DNA of 64,000 nucleotides from a phage: sequence record PZ402301.1; one strand, given 5' to 3'. The notes under the pieces were generated by a model. That model was not told where the DNA came from and did not search any database. It saw only the letters and a program-made list of their open reading frames with translations. This document shows, one piece after another, positions 53,830 through 64,000 of the stretch. The position numbers were made by a program, and so were the translations under genes. Within the stretch, counting starts at the first letter, position 1. Each line of letters opens with the position of its first letter.

Positions 53830-56800
53830 ATGGCCGAGATTAAAAGAAAGTTCAGAGCAGAAGACGGTCTGGACGCAGGTGGCGATAAAATAATCAACGT
53901 AGCTTTAGCTGATCGTACCGTAGGAACTGACGGTGTCAACGTTGATTACTTAATTCAAGAAAACACAGTTCAACAATACGATCCAACTCGTGGATATTTA
54001 AAAGATTTTGTAATCATTTATGATAACCGCTTTTGGGCTGCTATAAATGATATTCCAAAACCAGCAGGAGCTTTTAATAGCGTACGCTGGAGAGCATTAC
54101 GTACTGATGCTAATTGGACAACTGTTTCATCAGGACCTTATCAATTAAAGTCAGGCGAATCAATTTCAGTTGATACTGCAGCTGGTAATGACATTACATT
54201 TACTTTACCATCTTCCCCAATTGATGGAGATACTATCGTTCTCCAAGACATTGGAGGAAAACCTGGTGTTAACCAAGTTTTAATTACCGCTCCGGTGCAA
54301 AGCATTGTAAATTTTAGAGGTCAGCAAGTACGATCAGTACTAATGACTCATCCAAAATCGCAGATAGTTTTAATTTTTAGTAATCGTCTGTGGCAAATGT
54401 ATGTTGCTGATTATAGCAGAGAAGCTGCAGTTGTAACACCGGCAAGTCTTTATCAGGCGCAATCTAACGATTTTATTGTACGCAGATTTACTTCCGCTGC
54501 GCCGATTAATATTAAACTTCCGAGATTCGCTAATCATGGCGATATTATTAATTTCGTCGATTTAGATAAACTAAATCCACTTTATCATACAATTGTTACT
54601 ACATACGATGAAACTACTTCAATACAAGAAGATGGAACTCATTCCATTGAAGGTCGTACATCGATTGATGGTTTCTTGATGTATGATGATAATGAAAAAT
54701 TGTGGAGATTGTTTGACGGGGATAGTAAAGCACGTTTACGTATTATAACAACTAATTCTAGTATTCGTCCAAATGAAGAAGTTATGGTATTTGGAGCGAA
54801 TAACGGAACAACCCAAACAATTGAACTTCAGCTTCCAACTGATATTTCTATTGGTGATACTGTTAAAATTTCCATGAATTACATGAGAAAAGGCCAAACA
54901 GTTAAAATCAAAGCTGCTGGTGAAGATAAAATTGCTTCTTCAGTTCAATTGCTGCAATTCCCAAAACGTTCAGAGTATCCGCCTGAAACTAAATGGGTGA
55001 CTGTTCAAGAATTAGTTTTTAACGGCGAAACTAATTATGTTCCAGTTTTACAGCTTGCTTATATAGAAGATTCTGATGGAAAATACTGGGTTGTACAACA
55101 AAACGTTCCAACTGTAGAAAGAGTTGATTCTTTAAATAATTCTACTAGAGCAAGATTAGGCGTAATTGCTTTAGCTACACAAGCTCAAGCTAATGTCGAT
55201 TTAGAAAATTCTCCGCAAAAAGAATTAGCAATTACCCCAGAAACATTAGCTAACCGTACTGCTACAGAAACTCGTAGAGGTATCGCAAGAATAGCAACTA
55301 CTGCCCAAGTGAACCAGGATACTACATTCTCTTTTGCTGATGATATTATCATCACTCCTAAAAAGCTGAATGAAAGAACTGCTACAGAAACTCGCAGAGG
55401 TGTTGCTGAAATTGCGACGCAGCAAGAAACTAACGCAGGTACTGATGATACTACAATCATCACTCCTAAAAAGCTTCAAGCTCGTCAAGGTTCTGAATCA
55501 TTATCTGGTATTGTAACCTTTGTATCTACTGCAGGAGCTACTCCAGCTTCTAGTCGTGAATTAAATGGTACAAACGTTTATAATAAAAACACTAATAATT
55601 TAGTTGTTTCGCCTAAAGCTTTGGATCAGTATAAAGCTACTCCAACGCAACAAGGTGCAGTAATTTTAGCAGTTGAAAGTGAAGTAATTGCTGGACAAAG
55701 CCAAGAAGGATGGGCAAATGCGGTTGTAACGCCAGAAACGTTACATAAAAAGACATCGACTGATGCAAGAATTGGTTTAATTGAAATTGCTACGCAAAGT
55801 GAAGTTAATACAGGAACTGATTATACTCGTGCAGTCACTCCTAAAACTTTAAATGACCGTAAAGCAACTGAAAGTTTAAGTGGTATAGCTGAAATTGCTA
55901 CGCAAGTTGAATTCGACGCAGGCGTCGACGATACTCGTATCTCTACACCATTAAAAATTAAAACCAGATTTAATAGTACTGATCGTACTTCTGTTGTTGC
56001 TCTATCTGGATTAGTTGAATCAGGAACTCTCTGGGACCATTATACCCTTAATATTCTTGAAGCAAATGAGACACAACGTGGTACACTTCGTGTGGCTACG
56101 CAAGTTGAAGCTGCTACAGGAACATTAGATAATGTTTTAATAACTCCTAAAAAGCTTTTAGGTACTAAATCTACTGAAGCACAGGAAGGCGTTATTAAAG
56201 TTGCAACTCAGTCTGAAACTGTAGCTGGAACGTCAGCAAATACTGCTGTATCTCCAAAAAATTTAAAATGGATTGTGCAGAGTGAACCTACTTGGGCAGC
56301 TACTACTCTGGTAAGAGGTTTTGTTAAAACTTCATCTGGTTCAATTACATTCGTTGGTAATGATACGGTTGGTTCAACGCAGTCATTAGACTTGTACGAG
56401 AAAAATAGCTATGCGGTATCACCATATGAATTAAACCGTGTATTAGCAAATTATTTGCCGTTAAAAGCAAAAGCTGTAGATAGTAATTTACTGGATGGTC
56501 TAGATTCATCTCAGTTCATTCGTAGGGATATTGCGCAGACGGTTAATGGTTCACTAACCTTAACACAACAAACGAATCTGAGTGCCCCTCTTGTATCATC
56601 TAGTACTGCTACGTTCGGTGGATCAGTTTCAGCAAATAGTACACTAACTATTTCTAATACTGGAACAGCGACTCGTCTGATTTTTGAGAAAGGACCTCAA
56701 ACTGGAACGAACCCAGCGCAGACGATGACTGTCAAAGTGTGGGGGAATCAATTTAGCGGGGAATCAGATACAACACGTTCTACTGTATTTGAAGTTAGTG

Positions 56801-57699
56801 ATGAAACGTCTAGTCACTTTTATTCTCAGCGCAATAAAGCTGGTAATATAACATTTAATATCAATGGCACAGTAACACCGATAAATGTGAATGCTTCAGG
56901 AACATTGAATGCGAATGGCGTTGCAACATTCGGTAGTTCAGTTACTGCTAATGGCGAATTTATCAGTAAATCGTCGAATGCTTTTAGGGCAATAAACGGT
57001 GATTACGGATTCTTTATTCGTAATGATGGTGCTAACACCTATTTTATGCTTACTGCATCTGGTGATCAGACTGGTGGGTTTAATGGATTACGTCCATTAT
57101 CAATTAATAATCAATCTGGTCAGGTTACAATTGGTGAAAGCTTAATTATTGCCAAAGGTGCTACTATAACTTCAGGTGGTTTAACTGTCAACTCGAGAAT
57201 TCGTTCTCAGGGTACTAAAACCTCTGATTTATATACCCGTGCGCCAACATCTGATACTGTAGGATTCTGGTCAATCGATATTAATGATTCAGCCACTTAT
57301 AACCAGTTCCCGGGTTATTTTGAAATGGTTGAAAAAACTAATGAAGTGACTGGGCTTCCATACTTAGAACGTGGTGAAGAGGTTAAATCTCCTGGTACGC
57401 TGACTCAATTTGGTAACACACTCGATTCGCTTTACCAAGATTGGATTACTTATCCAACGACCCCAGAAGCGCGCACCACTCGCTGGACGCGTACATGGCA
57501 GAAAACCAAAAACTCTTGGTCAAGTTTTGTTCAGGTATTTGATGGGGGTAACCCTCCTCAGCCATCTGATATTGGTGCTTTACCATCTGATAATGCTATA
57601 ATGGGGAATCTTACTATTCGTGATTTCTTACGAATTGGTAATGTTCGTATTATTCCTGACCCAGTGAATAAAACGGTTAAATTTGAATGGGTTGAATAA
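53830..57699 (+). CDS. 34: long tail fibre proximal subunit gp34
   Basis: 1289 aa as T4 gp34; internal repeated motifs (TETRRG.A.IAT). Confidence 0.95.
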   Translation: MAEIKRKFRAEDGLDAGGDKIINVALADRTVGTDGVNVDYLIQENTVQQYDPTRGYLKDFVIIYDNRFWAAINDIPKPAGAFNSVRWRALRTDANWTTVSSGPYQLKSGESISVDTAAGNDITFTLPSSPIDGDTIVLQDIGGKPGVNQVLITAPVQSIVNFRGQQVRSVLMTHPKSQIVLIFSNRLWQMYVADYSREAAVVTPASLYQAQSNDFIVRRFTSAAPINIKLPRFANHGDIINFVDLDKLNPLYHTIVTTYDETTSIQEDGTHSIEGRTSIDGFLMYDDNEKLWRLFDGDSKARLRIITTNSSIRPNEEVMVFGANNGTTQTIELQLPTDISIGDTVKISMNYMRKGQTVKIKAAGEDKIASSVQLLQFPKRSEYPPETKWVTVQELVFNGETNYVPVLQLAYIEDSDGKYWVVQQNVPTVERVDSLNNSTRARLGVIALATQAQANVDLENSPQKELAITPETLANRTATETRRGIARIATTAQVNQDTTFSFADDIIITPKKLNERTATETRRGVAEIATQQETNAGTDDTTIITPKKLQARQGSESLSGIVTFVSTAGATPASSRELNGTNVYNKNTNNLVVSPKALDQYKATPTQQGAVILAVESEVIAGQSQEGWANAVVTPETLHKKTSTDARIGLIEIATQSEVNTGTDYTRAVTPKTLNDRKATESLSGIAEIATQVEFDAGVDDTRISTPLKIKTRFNSTDRTSVVALSGLVESGTLWDHYTLNILEANETQRGTLRVATQVEAATGTLDNVLITPKKLLGTKSTEAQEGVIKVATQSETVAGTSANTAVSPKNLKWIVQSEPTWAATTLVRGFVKTSSGSITFVGNDTVGSTQSLDLYEKNSYAVSPYELNRVLANYLPLKAKAVDSNLLDGLDSSQFIRRDIAQTVNGSLTLTQQTNLSAPLVSSSTATFGGSVSANSTLTISNTGTATRLIFEKGPQTGTNPAQTMTVKVWGNQFSGESDTTRSTVFEVSDETSSHFYSQRNKAGNITFNINGTVTPINVNASGTLNANGVATFGSSVTANGEFISKSSNAFRAINGDYGFFIRNDGANTYFMLTASGDQTGGFNGLRPLSINNQSGQVTIGESLIIAKGATITSGGLTVNSRIRSQGTKTSDLYTRAPTSDTVGFWSIDINDSATYNQFPGYFEMVEKTNEVTGLPYLERGEEVKSPGTLTQFGNTLDSLYQDWITYPTTPEARTTRWTRTWQKTKNSWSSFVQVFDGGNPPQPSDIGALPSDNAIMGNLTIRDFLRIGNVRIIPDPVNKTVKFEWVE
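55231..55480 (+). repeat. imperfect tandem repeat (about 120 bp period) inside gene 34
   Basis: ACTGCTACAGAAACTCG(T/C)AGAGG at 55258 and 55378; ATCACTCCTAAAAAGCT at 55351 and 55459; encodes repeated ...TPKKL.ERTATETRRG.A.IAT... motif. Confidence 0.7.
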
Positions 57700-57707
57700 G
57701 AGGTATT

Positions 57708-58823
57708 ATGGAAAAATTTATGGCAGAGTTTGGACAAGGATATGTCCAAACGCCATTTTTATCGGAAAGCAATTCAGTAAGATATAAAATAAGCATAGCG
57801 GGTTCTTGCCCGCTTTCTACAGCAGGACCATATGTCAAATTTCAGGATAATCCTATCGGAAGCCAAGCATTTAATACAGGTCTTCATTTAAGAGTTTTTG
57901 ACCCTTCTACAGGAGCATTAGTTGATAGTAAGTCATATGCTTTTTCGACTTCAAATGATACTACATCAGCTGCTTTTGTTGGTTTCATGAACTCTTTGAC
58001 GAATAATAGACTTGTTGCTATATTAACTAGTGGAAAGGTTAATTTTCCTCCTGAGGTAGTATCTTGGCTAAGAGCCACAGGAACGTCTGCTTTTCCATCT
58101 GATTCTATATTGTCAAGATTTGACGTATCATATGCTGCTTTTTACACTTCTTCTAAAAGAGCTATTGCATTAGAACATGTTAAATTAAGCAATAGAAAAA
58201 GCACAGATGATTATCAAACTATTTTAGATGTTGTATTTGATAGTTTAGAAGACGTTGGAGCTACAGGATTTCCTAAAAGAACATATGAAAGCGTTGAGCA
58301 ATTTATGTCAGCGGTTGGTGGAACTAATAACGAAATTGCACGTTTACCAACTTCATCCGCGATAAGTAAATTATCTGATTATAATTTAATTCCTGGCGAT
58401 GTTCTTTATCTTAAAGCACAGTTATATGCTGATGCCGATTTACTTGCGCTTGGAACTACAAATATATCTATCCGTTTTTATGATGAATCGAATGGATATA
58501 TTTCTTCAACACATGCTGAGTTTACTGGACAAGCTGGGTCATGGGAATTAAAGGAAGATTATGTAGTTATTCCAGAAAACGCAGTAGGATTTACAATATA
58601 TGCACAAAGAACTGCTCAAGCTGGTCAAGGCGGCATGAGAAATTTAAGCTTTTCTGAAGTATCAAGAAATGGCGGAATTTCAAAACCTGCTGAATTTGGC
58701 GTCAATGGTATTCGAGTTAATTATGTCTGTGAATCTGCTTCACCTCCGGATATAATGGTACTTCCTACGCAAGCATCGTCTAAAACTGGTAAAGTGTTTG
58801 GGCAAGAATTTAGAGAAGTTTAA
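57708..58823 (+). CDS. 35: long tail fibre hinge connector gp35
   Basis: 371 aa; position between 34 and 36. Confidence 0.9.
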   Translation: MEKFMAEFGQGYVQTPFLSESNSVRYKISIAGSCPLSTAGPYVKFQDNPIGSQAFNTGLHLRVFDPSTGALVDSKSYAFSTSNDTTSAAFVGFMNSLTNNRLVAILTSGKVNFPPEVVSWLRATGTSAFPSDSILSRFDVSYAAFYTSSKRAIALEHVKLSNRKSTDDYQTILDVVFDSLEDVGATGFPKRTYESVEQFMSAVGGTNNEIARLPTSSAISKLSDYNLIPGDVLYLKAQLYADADLLALGTTNISIRFYDESNGYISSTHAEFTGQAGSWELKEDYVVIPENAVGFTIYAQRTAQAGQGGMRNLSFSEVSRNGGISKPAEFGVNGIRVNYVCESASPPDIMVLPTQASSKTGKVFGQEFREV

Positions 58824-58828
58824 ATTGA

Positions 58829-58855
58829 GGGAGCCTTCGGGTTCCCTTTTTCTTT
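58829..58855 (+). terminator. rho-independent terminator after gene 35: GGGAGCC-UUCG-GGUUCCC plus U-run
   Basis: 7-bp stem (one G-U pair), UUCG loop, followed by TTTTTCTTT, 6 nt after gene 35 stop. Confidence 0.65.
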
Positions 58856-58862
58856 ATAAATA
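58855..58862 (+). promoter_or_regulatory. late promoter box TATAAATA upstream of gene 36
   Basis: Exact TATAAATA 24 nt upstream of gene 36 ATG. Confidence 0.5.
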
Positions 58863-58885
58863 CTATTAAAATAAAGGGGCATATA

Positions 58886-59542
58886 ATGGCTGATTTAAAA
58901 GTAGGTTCAACAACTGGAGGCTCTGTCATTTGGCATCAAGGAAATTTTCCATTGAATCCAGCCGGTGACGATGTACTCTATAAATCATTTAAAATATATT
59001 CAGAATATAATAAACCACAAGCTACTGATAACGATTTCGTTTCTAAAGCTAATGGTGGTACGTATTTAAATAAAGTAATTTTTAATAAAGGAATGACTGT
59101 TCCTGGTGCAGGGTCAGGTGACAATGGTATTTTTGCTGGTCCTGGTGATAATGCCACGTATGATACTACAAATATGGATATTGTTTCGTGGTATGGTATT
59201 GGTTTTAAATCATCACAAGGAACAGCAGGTAGAACTGTAGTAATTAACACGCGAAATGGAGATATTAGCTCAAAGGGTGTAATTGAAGCATCACAAATAC
59301 GCGCAGCTTCATTATCTCCAGTAAATAATTATGACCTTACACGGAAAGATTATGTTGATGGAGCAATAAATATTGTTACAGCAAACGCAAACTCTAGGGT
59401 ATTACGCTCTGGAGATACTATGACAGGAAATTTAACTGCGCCAAACCTTTTTTCACAGAATCCTGCATCTCAACCCTCACATGTTCCACGATTTGATCAA
59501 ATTGTTATTAAGGATTCTGTTCAAGATTTCGGCTATTATTAA
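58886..59542 (+). CDS. 36: long tail fibre distal connector gp36
   Basis: 218 aa; position between 35 and 37. Confidence 0.9.
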   Translation: MADLKVGSTTGGSVIWHQGNFPLNPAGDDVLYKSFKIYSEYNKPQATDNDFVSKANGGTYLNKVIFNKGMTVPGAGSGDNGIFAGPGDNATYDTTNMDIVSWYGIGFKSSQGTAGRTVVINTRNGDISSKGVIEASQIRAASLSPVNNYDLTRKDYVDGAINIVTANANSRVLRSGDTMTGNLTAPNLFSQNPASQPSHVPRFDQIVIKDSVQDFGYY

Positions 59543-59550
59543 GAGGACTT

Positions 59551-62500
59551 ATGGCTACTTTAAAACAAATACAATTTAAAAGAAGCAAAACTGCAGGAGC
59601 ACGTCCTGCCGCTTCAGTATTAGCCGAAGGTGAATTGGCTATAAACTTAAAAGACCGCGTACTTTTTACTAAAGATGACCAAGGAAATATCATTGATCTT
59701 GGTTTTGCTAAAGGCGGTAGCATTGACGGGAATGTTATTCATATAGGAAACTATAATCAAACTGGTGATTATACTTTAAATGGTACCTTCACTCAAACCG
59801 GTGATTTCAATTTAACTGGTATTGCTCGAGTAACTCGCGATATTATTGCCGCCGGGCAGATTATGACTGAGGGTGGAGAACTTATTACAAAAAGTTCAGG
59901 TACATCGCATGTTCGTTTTTTCGATGGCAATAGCCGCGAACGTGGAATCATTTATGCCCCGGCTAATGATGGATTAACTACGCAAGTAGTTAATATCCGC
60001 GTTCAAGACTACGCCGCTGGTGATGAAAGCACCTATGCATTTTCAGGCAGTGGCCTATTTACTTCACCTGAAGTATCAGCATGGAAATCTATTTCATCTC
60101 CACAAATTCTGACCGATAAAGTTATTACAAATGGGAAGAAGACAGGCGATTATGATATCTATTCATTAGCAAATAACACTCCGTTGGCAGAAAGCGAAAC
60201 GGCTATTAACCACCTCCGTGTTATGCGAAATGCCGTAGGATCTGGTATATTCCATGAAGTTAAAGATAACGACGGGATAACCTGGTACGCCGGTGACGGG
60301 TTAGATGCCTATCTTTGGTCGTTTACCTGGTCCGGTGGATTGAAAGCAGGCCATTCTATTTCTATAGGTCTTCCGGGCGGCTCTAAAGGATATTCTGAAT
60401 TAGGGACTGCTTCAATTGCTCTTGGTGATAATGATACCGGATTTAAATGGCATCAGGACGGATATTTTCATACAGTAAACAACGGAACAAGAACTTTCAT
60501 TTACGGTCCTGCGGAAACACAAAGCCTTAGAAAAATGGTTATGGGTTATTCTCCGGATGGGATTCTTATGACAACGCCACCGACAGAAAACTATGCATTA
60601 GCCACTGTTGTTACTTATCATGATAATAACGCGTATGGCGACGGTCAGACTCTTTTAGGTTATTATCAAGGCGGTAATTATCATCACTATTTCCGTGGTA
60701 AAGGTACTACAAACATTAATACTCACGGCGGTTTGTTAGTTACTCCCGGTAATATTGACGTTATTGGTGGTTCTGTTAATATTGATGGTAGTAATAATGC
60801 TTCTACGCTGATGTTTAGAGGTAACACAACTGGTAGCAGTTCAGTTGATAATATGACAATTTCTGTATGGGGTAATACGTTTACTAATCCTAGTGTAGGT
60901 AATCGTAAAAATGTCATGGAAATTTCTGACGCAACTAGCTGGATGAGTTATATTCAAAGACTTACTACCGGTGAAGTAGAAATGAACGTCAATGGTTCAT
61001 TTGAATCATCCGGTGTTACTGCTGGAAATAGAGGAGTTCACACAACAGGCGAAATTTCATCTGGAGCAGTGAATGCGCTTCGCATTTGGAATGCAGATTA
61101 TGGAGCCATTTTTAGACGTTCAGAAGGCAGTCTTCATATTATTCCAACTGCTTACGGTGAAGGTAAACATGGCGATATCGGTCCACTTCGCCCGTTTAGT
61201 ATGGCTTTAGATACTGGTAAAGTTACTATTCCAGATTTACAATCAAGTTACAATACGTTCGCAGCAAACGGCTATATTAAATTTACTGGTCACGGTGCAG
61301 GCGCTGGTGGTTATGATATTCAGTATGTTCAAGCAGCTCCTATTTTCCAGGAAATTGATGATGATGCTATAAGCAAATATTATCCTATTGTTAAACAGAA
61401 GTTTTTAAACAGTAAAGCGGTTTGGTCTTTAGGTACTGAAATTAATTCGGGTACATTTGTTTTACACCATATCAAAGAAGATGGATCACAAGGCCATACG
61501 TCTCGTTTTAATCAAGACGGTACTGTTAACTTCCCGGATAACGTTCAGGTCGGTGGTGGTGAAGCTACTATTGCTCGAAATGGTAATATCTGGTCTGATA
61601 TTTGGAAACCGTTTACTTCTGCCGGTGATACTACAAATATTCGCGATGCTATTGCGACTCGTGTTTCGAAAGAAGGCGACACGATGACCGGTAAATTGAC
61701 TTTATCGGCAGGCAATGATGCTCTTGTTTTAACTGCAGGCGTGGGTGCTTCATCGCACATCCGTAGTGATGTAGGTGGTACAGGTAACTGGTATATAGGC
61801 AAAGGCGGCGGCGATAATGGTCTAGGTTTTTACAGTTACATTACACAAGGCGGTGTATACATAACAAATAACGGCGAAATATCGCTTTCTCCTCAAGGTC
61901 AAGGAACATTTAATTTTAATAGAGACCGCCTTCATATAAACGGTACACAGTGGACTGCGCACCAAGCTGGCGATTGGGCAAACCAATGGCGACAAGAAGC
62001 GCCGATATTTGTAGATTTTGGCTACGTCGGCAATGACTGCTATTATCCTATTATTAAAGGAAAATCTGTTATTACGAATGAAGGATACGTATCTGGTGTT
62101 GATTTCGGTATGCGCCGTATCACTAACCAATGGGCTCAGGCTATTATCCGTGTTGGTAACCAGGAAAATGCTAGCGATCCGCAAGCTATCTTCGAATTCC
62201 ACCATAATGGAAACATGTACGTTCCTGACATGGTTAAAGCTGGAGTAAGAATATCAGCTGGTGGAGGTGACCCTGCATGGACAGGCGCATGTGTTGTTAT
62301 TGGTGATAATGACACTGGGTTAGTTCATGGCGGTGACGGTCGTATTAACATGGTTGCAAATGGAATGCATATTGCTTCATGGTCGTCCGCTTACCATCTC
62401 CATGAAGGTCTTTGGGATACCACTGGTGCTTTGTGGACTGAACAAGGAAGAGCTATTATTTCTTTTGGTCATTTAGTCCAACAAAGCGATGCCTATTCCA

Positions 62501-62862
62501 CATTTGTCCGCGATGTTTATGTCCGTTCTGATATTCGTGTTAAAAAAGACCTTGTTAAATTTGAAAATGCTTCTGAGAAGCTTTCTAAAATTAACGGTTA
62601 CACTTATATGCAGAAGCGAGGCCTAGATGAAGAAGGAAATCAGAAATGGGAACCTAACGCCGGTTTGATAGCTCAAGAAGTTCAAGCTATTTTACCTGAA
62701 TTAGTTGAAGGTGACCCTGATGGTGAAGCTTTACTTCGTTTGAACTATAACGGTGTAATTGGTTTAAATACAGCTGCAATCAATGAGCATACTGCAGAAA
62801 TTGCAGAACTTAAATCAGAAATCGAAGAACTTAAAGCATTAGTTAAATCATTGTTAAAATAA
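59551..62862 (+). CDS. 37: long tail fibre distal subunit gp37 with C-terminal intramolecular chaperone/autoprotease module
   Basis: 1103 aa; N-terminal region as in T4 gp37; C-terminal about 110 aa (SDIRVKKD...[15 protein letters not shown]...coiled coil) resemble self-cleaving chaperone domains of phage fibres. Confidence 0.92.
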   Translation: MATLKQIQFKRSKTAGARPAASVLAEGELAINLKDRVLFTKDDQGNIIDLGFAKGGSIDGNVIHIGNYNQTGDYTLNGTFTQTGDFNLTGIARVTRDIIAAGQIMTEGGELITKSSGTSHVRFFDGNSRERGIIYAPANDGLTTQVVNIRVQDYAAGDESTYAFSGSGLFTSPEVSAWKSISSPQILTDKVITNGKKTGDYDIYSLANNTPLAESETAINHLRVMRNAVGSGIFHEVKDNDGITWYAGDGLDAYLWSFTWSGGLKAGHSISIGLPGGSKGYSELGTASIALGDNDTGFKWHQDGYFHTVNNGTRTFIYGPAETQSLRKMVMGYSPDGILMTTPPTENYALATVVTYHDNNAYGDGQTLLGYYQGGNYHHYFRGKGTTNINTHGGLLVTPGNIDVIGGSVNIDGSNNASTLMFRGNTTGSSSVDNMTISVWGNTFTNPSVGNRKNVMEISDATSWMSYIQRLTTGEVEMNVNGSFESSGVTAGNRGVHTTGEISSGAVNALRIWNADYGAIFRRSEGSLHIIPTAYGEGKHGDIGPLRPFSMALDTGKVTIPDLQSSYNTFAANGYIKFTGHGAGAGGYDIQYVQAAPIFQEIDDDAISKYYPIVKQKFLNSKAVWSLGTEINSGTFVLHHIKEDGSQGHTSRFNQDGTVNFPDNVQVGGGEATIARNGNIWSDIWKPFTSAGDTTNIRDAIATRVSKEGDTMTGKLTLSAGNDALVLTAGVGASSHIRSDVGGTGNWYIGKGGGDNGLGFYSYITQGGVYITNNGEISLSPQGQGTFNFNRDRLHINGTQWTAHQAGDWANQWRQEAPIFVDFGYVGNDCYYPIIKGKSVITNEGYVSGVDFGMRRITNQWAQAIIRVGNQENASDPQAIFEFHHNGNMYVPDMVKAGVRISAGGGDPAWTGACVVIGDNDTGLVHGGDGRINMVANGMHIASWSSAYHLHEGLWDTTGALWTEQGRAIISFGHLVQQSDAYSTFVRDVYVRSDIRVKKDLVKFENASEKLSKINGYTYMQKRGLDEEGNQKWEPNAGLIAQEVQAILPELVEGDPDGEALLRLNYNGVIGLNTAAINEHTAEIAELKSEIEELKALVKSLLK

Positions 62863-62866
62863 TAAG

Positions 62867-62882
62867 AGGGGCTTCGGCCCCT
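62867..62882 (+). other. AGGGGC-UUCG-GCCCCU hairpin between gene 37 stop and gene 38 RBS
   Basis: 6-bp GC stem with UUCG tetraloop 5 nt after gene 37 stop; no strong U-run, overlaps the region immediately 5' of the gene 38 start. Confidence 0.45.
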
Positions 62883-62893
62883 TGGGGGTTTAT

Positions 62894-63670
62894 ATGGCAG
62901 TAACAGGACCGTGGGTAGGATCGTCTGCAGTAGTTAATACAGGACAAAATTGGATGGGTGGCGCGGCCCAACGATTAAGAATGGGCATTCCGTTTTGGAT
63001 GAGTAATATGATAGGTCGATCTGTTGAAATAATTCACACGCTTGGAGCAGACCATAACTTCAATGGTCAATGGTTCCGAGATAGATGTTTTGAGGCAGGT
63101 AGTGCACCTATAGTGTTTAATATCACCGGAGATTTAGTATCATATTCTAAAGATGTTCCTTTATTCTTCATGTACGGAGATACACCAAATGAATATGTTC
63201 AACTGAATATACACGGTGTAACGATGTATGGCCGTGGCGGGAATGGCGGTAGCAATAGTCCTGGCTCAGCTGGAGGTCATTGTATTCAAAATGATATTGG
63301 TGGGAGACTAAGAATTAATAATGGCGGAGCTATTGCTGGCGGCGGTGGCGGCGGCGGTGGCGGATATTATTCTCCTTTTTCACAAATGAGATTGACATTT
63401 GGCGGTGGTGGCGGTCGTCCGTTTGGCGCGCCGGGCGGATCTATTGATATGCAATCAGGAGCAACTGCCGGTACTATTTCTGCGCCTGGCGCAGGGTCTG
63501 TGAACGGTATCTATAGCGGCGGGTCTGGTGGTGAAGTTGGCTCCGCAGGAGGTAGATGTAATATTCGTGGTCAAGGATATGAATACGATGGCGGAGCTGC
63601 TGGTTATGCCGTCATAGGGTCTACGCCAACGTGGCAAAACGTTGGAGCAATATATGGTCCAAGAGTATAA
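62894..63670 (+). CDS. 38: gp38 receptor-recognising adhesin (T2-type, glycine-rich motifs)
   Basis: ORF-track start 62882 is TTG; ATG at 62894 gives 258 aa with multiple glycine-rich motifs ([52 protein letters not shown]) separated by variable segments. Confidence 0.85.
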   Translation: MAVTGPWVGSSAVVNTGQNWMGGAAQRLRMGIPFWMSNMIGRSVEIIHTLGADHNFNGQWFRDRCFEAGSAPIVFNITGDLVSYSKDVPLFFMYGDTPNEYVQLNIHGVTMYGRGGNGGSNSPGSAGGHCIQNDIGGRLRINNGGAIAGGGGGGGGGYYSPFSQMRLTFGGGGGRPFGAPGGSIDMQSGATAGTISAPGAGSVNGIYSGGSGGEVGSAGGRCNIRGQGYEYDGGAAGYAVIGSTPTWQNVGAIYGPRV

Positions 63671-63700
63671 TTTGAATAAATATCCTTAAAAGGAGGGTCT

Positions 63701-64000
63701 ATGGCAGCACCTAGAATATCATTTTCGCCCTCTGATATTCTGTTGGGTGTTCTAGATCGCTTGTTCAAAGATAACGCTACCGGGAAAGTTCTTGCTTCCC
63801 GGGTAGCTGTCGTAATTCTTTTGTTTATAATGGCGATTGTTTGGTATAGGGGAGATAGTTTCTTTGAGTACTATAAGCAATCAAAGTATGAAACATACAG
63901 TGAAATTATTGAAAAGGAAAGAAATGCACGCTTTGAATCTGTCGCCCTGGAACAACTCCAGATAGTTCATATATCATCTGAGGCAGACTTTAGTGCGGTA
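63701..64000 (+). CDS. t: holin t (5' partial, continues beyond window)
   Basis: ATG at 63701 preceded by AGGAGGG; translation MAAPRISFSPSDILLGVLDRLFKDNATGKVLASRVAVVILLFIMAIVWYRGDSFFEYY... matches T4 holin N-terminus including the single TMD. Confidence 0.9.
   Translation, partial: MAAPRISFSPSDILLGVLDRLFKDNATGKVLASRVAVVILLFIMAIVWYRGDSFFEYYKQSKYETYSEIIEKERNARFESVALEQLQIVHISSEADFSAV

Noticed and set aside
55185-55488. Two overlapping minus-strand ORFs (92 and 80 aa)
   Set aside because: Embedded antisense in gene 34 repeat region; repetitive sequence removes stops by chance
63671-63700. Possible late promoter upstream of holin t
   Set aside because: Sequence is GAATAAATA, not an exact TATAAATA box; left uncalled

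Overview
This window reads as a contiguous segment of a T4-type (T-even) myophage genome, identified from my recall of T4 protein sequences and gene order; no database search was run. It runs from the terminase genes 16/17 through head and tail genes 18-24, rnlB-hoc-inh, uvsW/uvsY, baseplate genes 25-54, the alt region, DNA ligase 30 and the 30.x cluster, rIII-31-cd-pseT-alc-rnlA-denA-nrdB-nrdA-td-frd, 32-59-33-dsbA-rnh, long tail fibre genes 34-37, a T2-type gp38 adhesin and the 5' end of holin t. Gene density is about 95 percent, with late-promoter TATAAATA boxes, sigma70-like early promoters and many GC stem-loops with UUCG or GNRA tetraloops in the short intergenic gaps. I found no rRNA, tRNA, CRISPR array, transposon or homing-endonuclease gene. 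I do not see a clearly new multi-gene system. The items most worth a second look are two tandem Alt-type ADP-ribosyltransferase genes, a NADAR/YbiA-like small protein (30.3), a near-identical 54-bp promoter cassette present twice, intron-less td and nrdB with an extra ORF between td and frd, and a gp37 with a C-terminal self-cleaving chaperone module followed by a glycine-rich gp38 adhesin. All coordinates were hand-counted from the printed sequence. Several ORF-track starts are TTG/GTG and I moved them to the in-frame ATG that matches the known T4 protein length.
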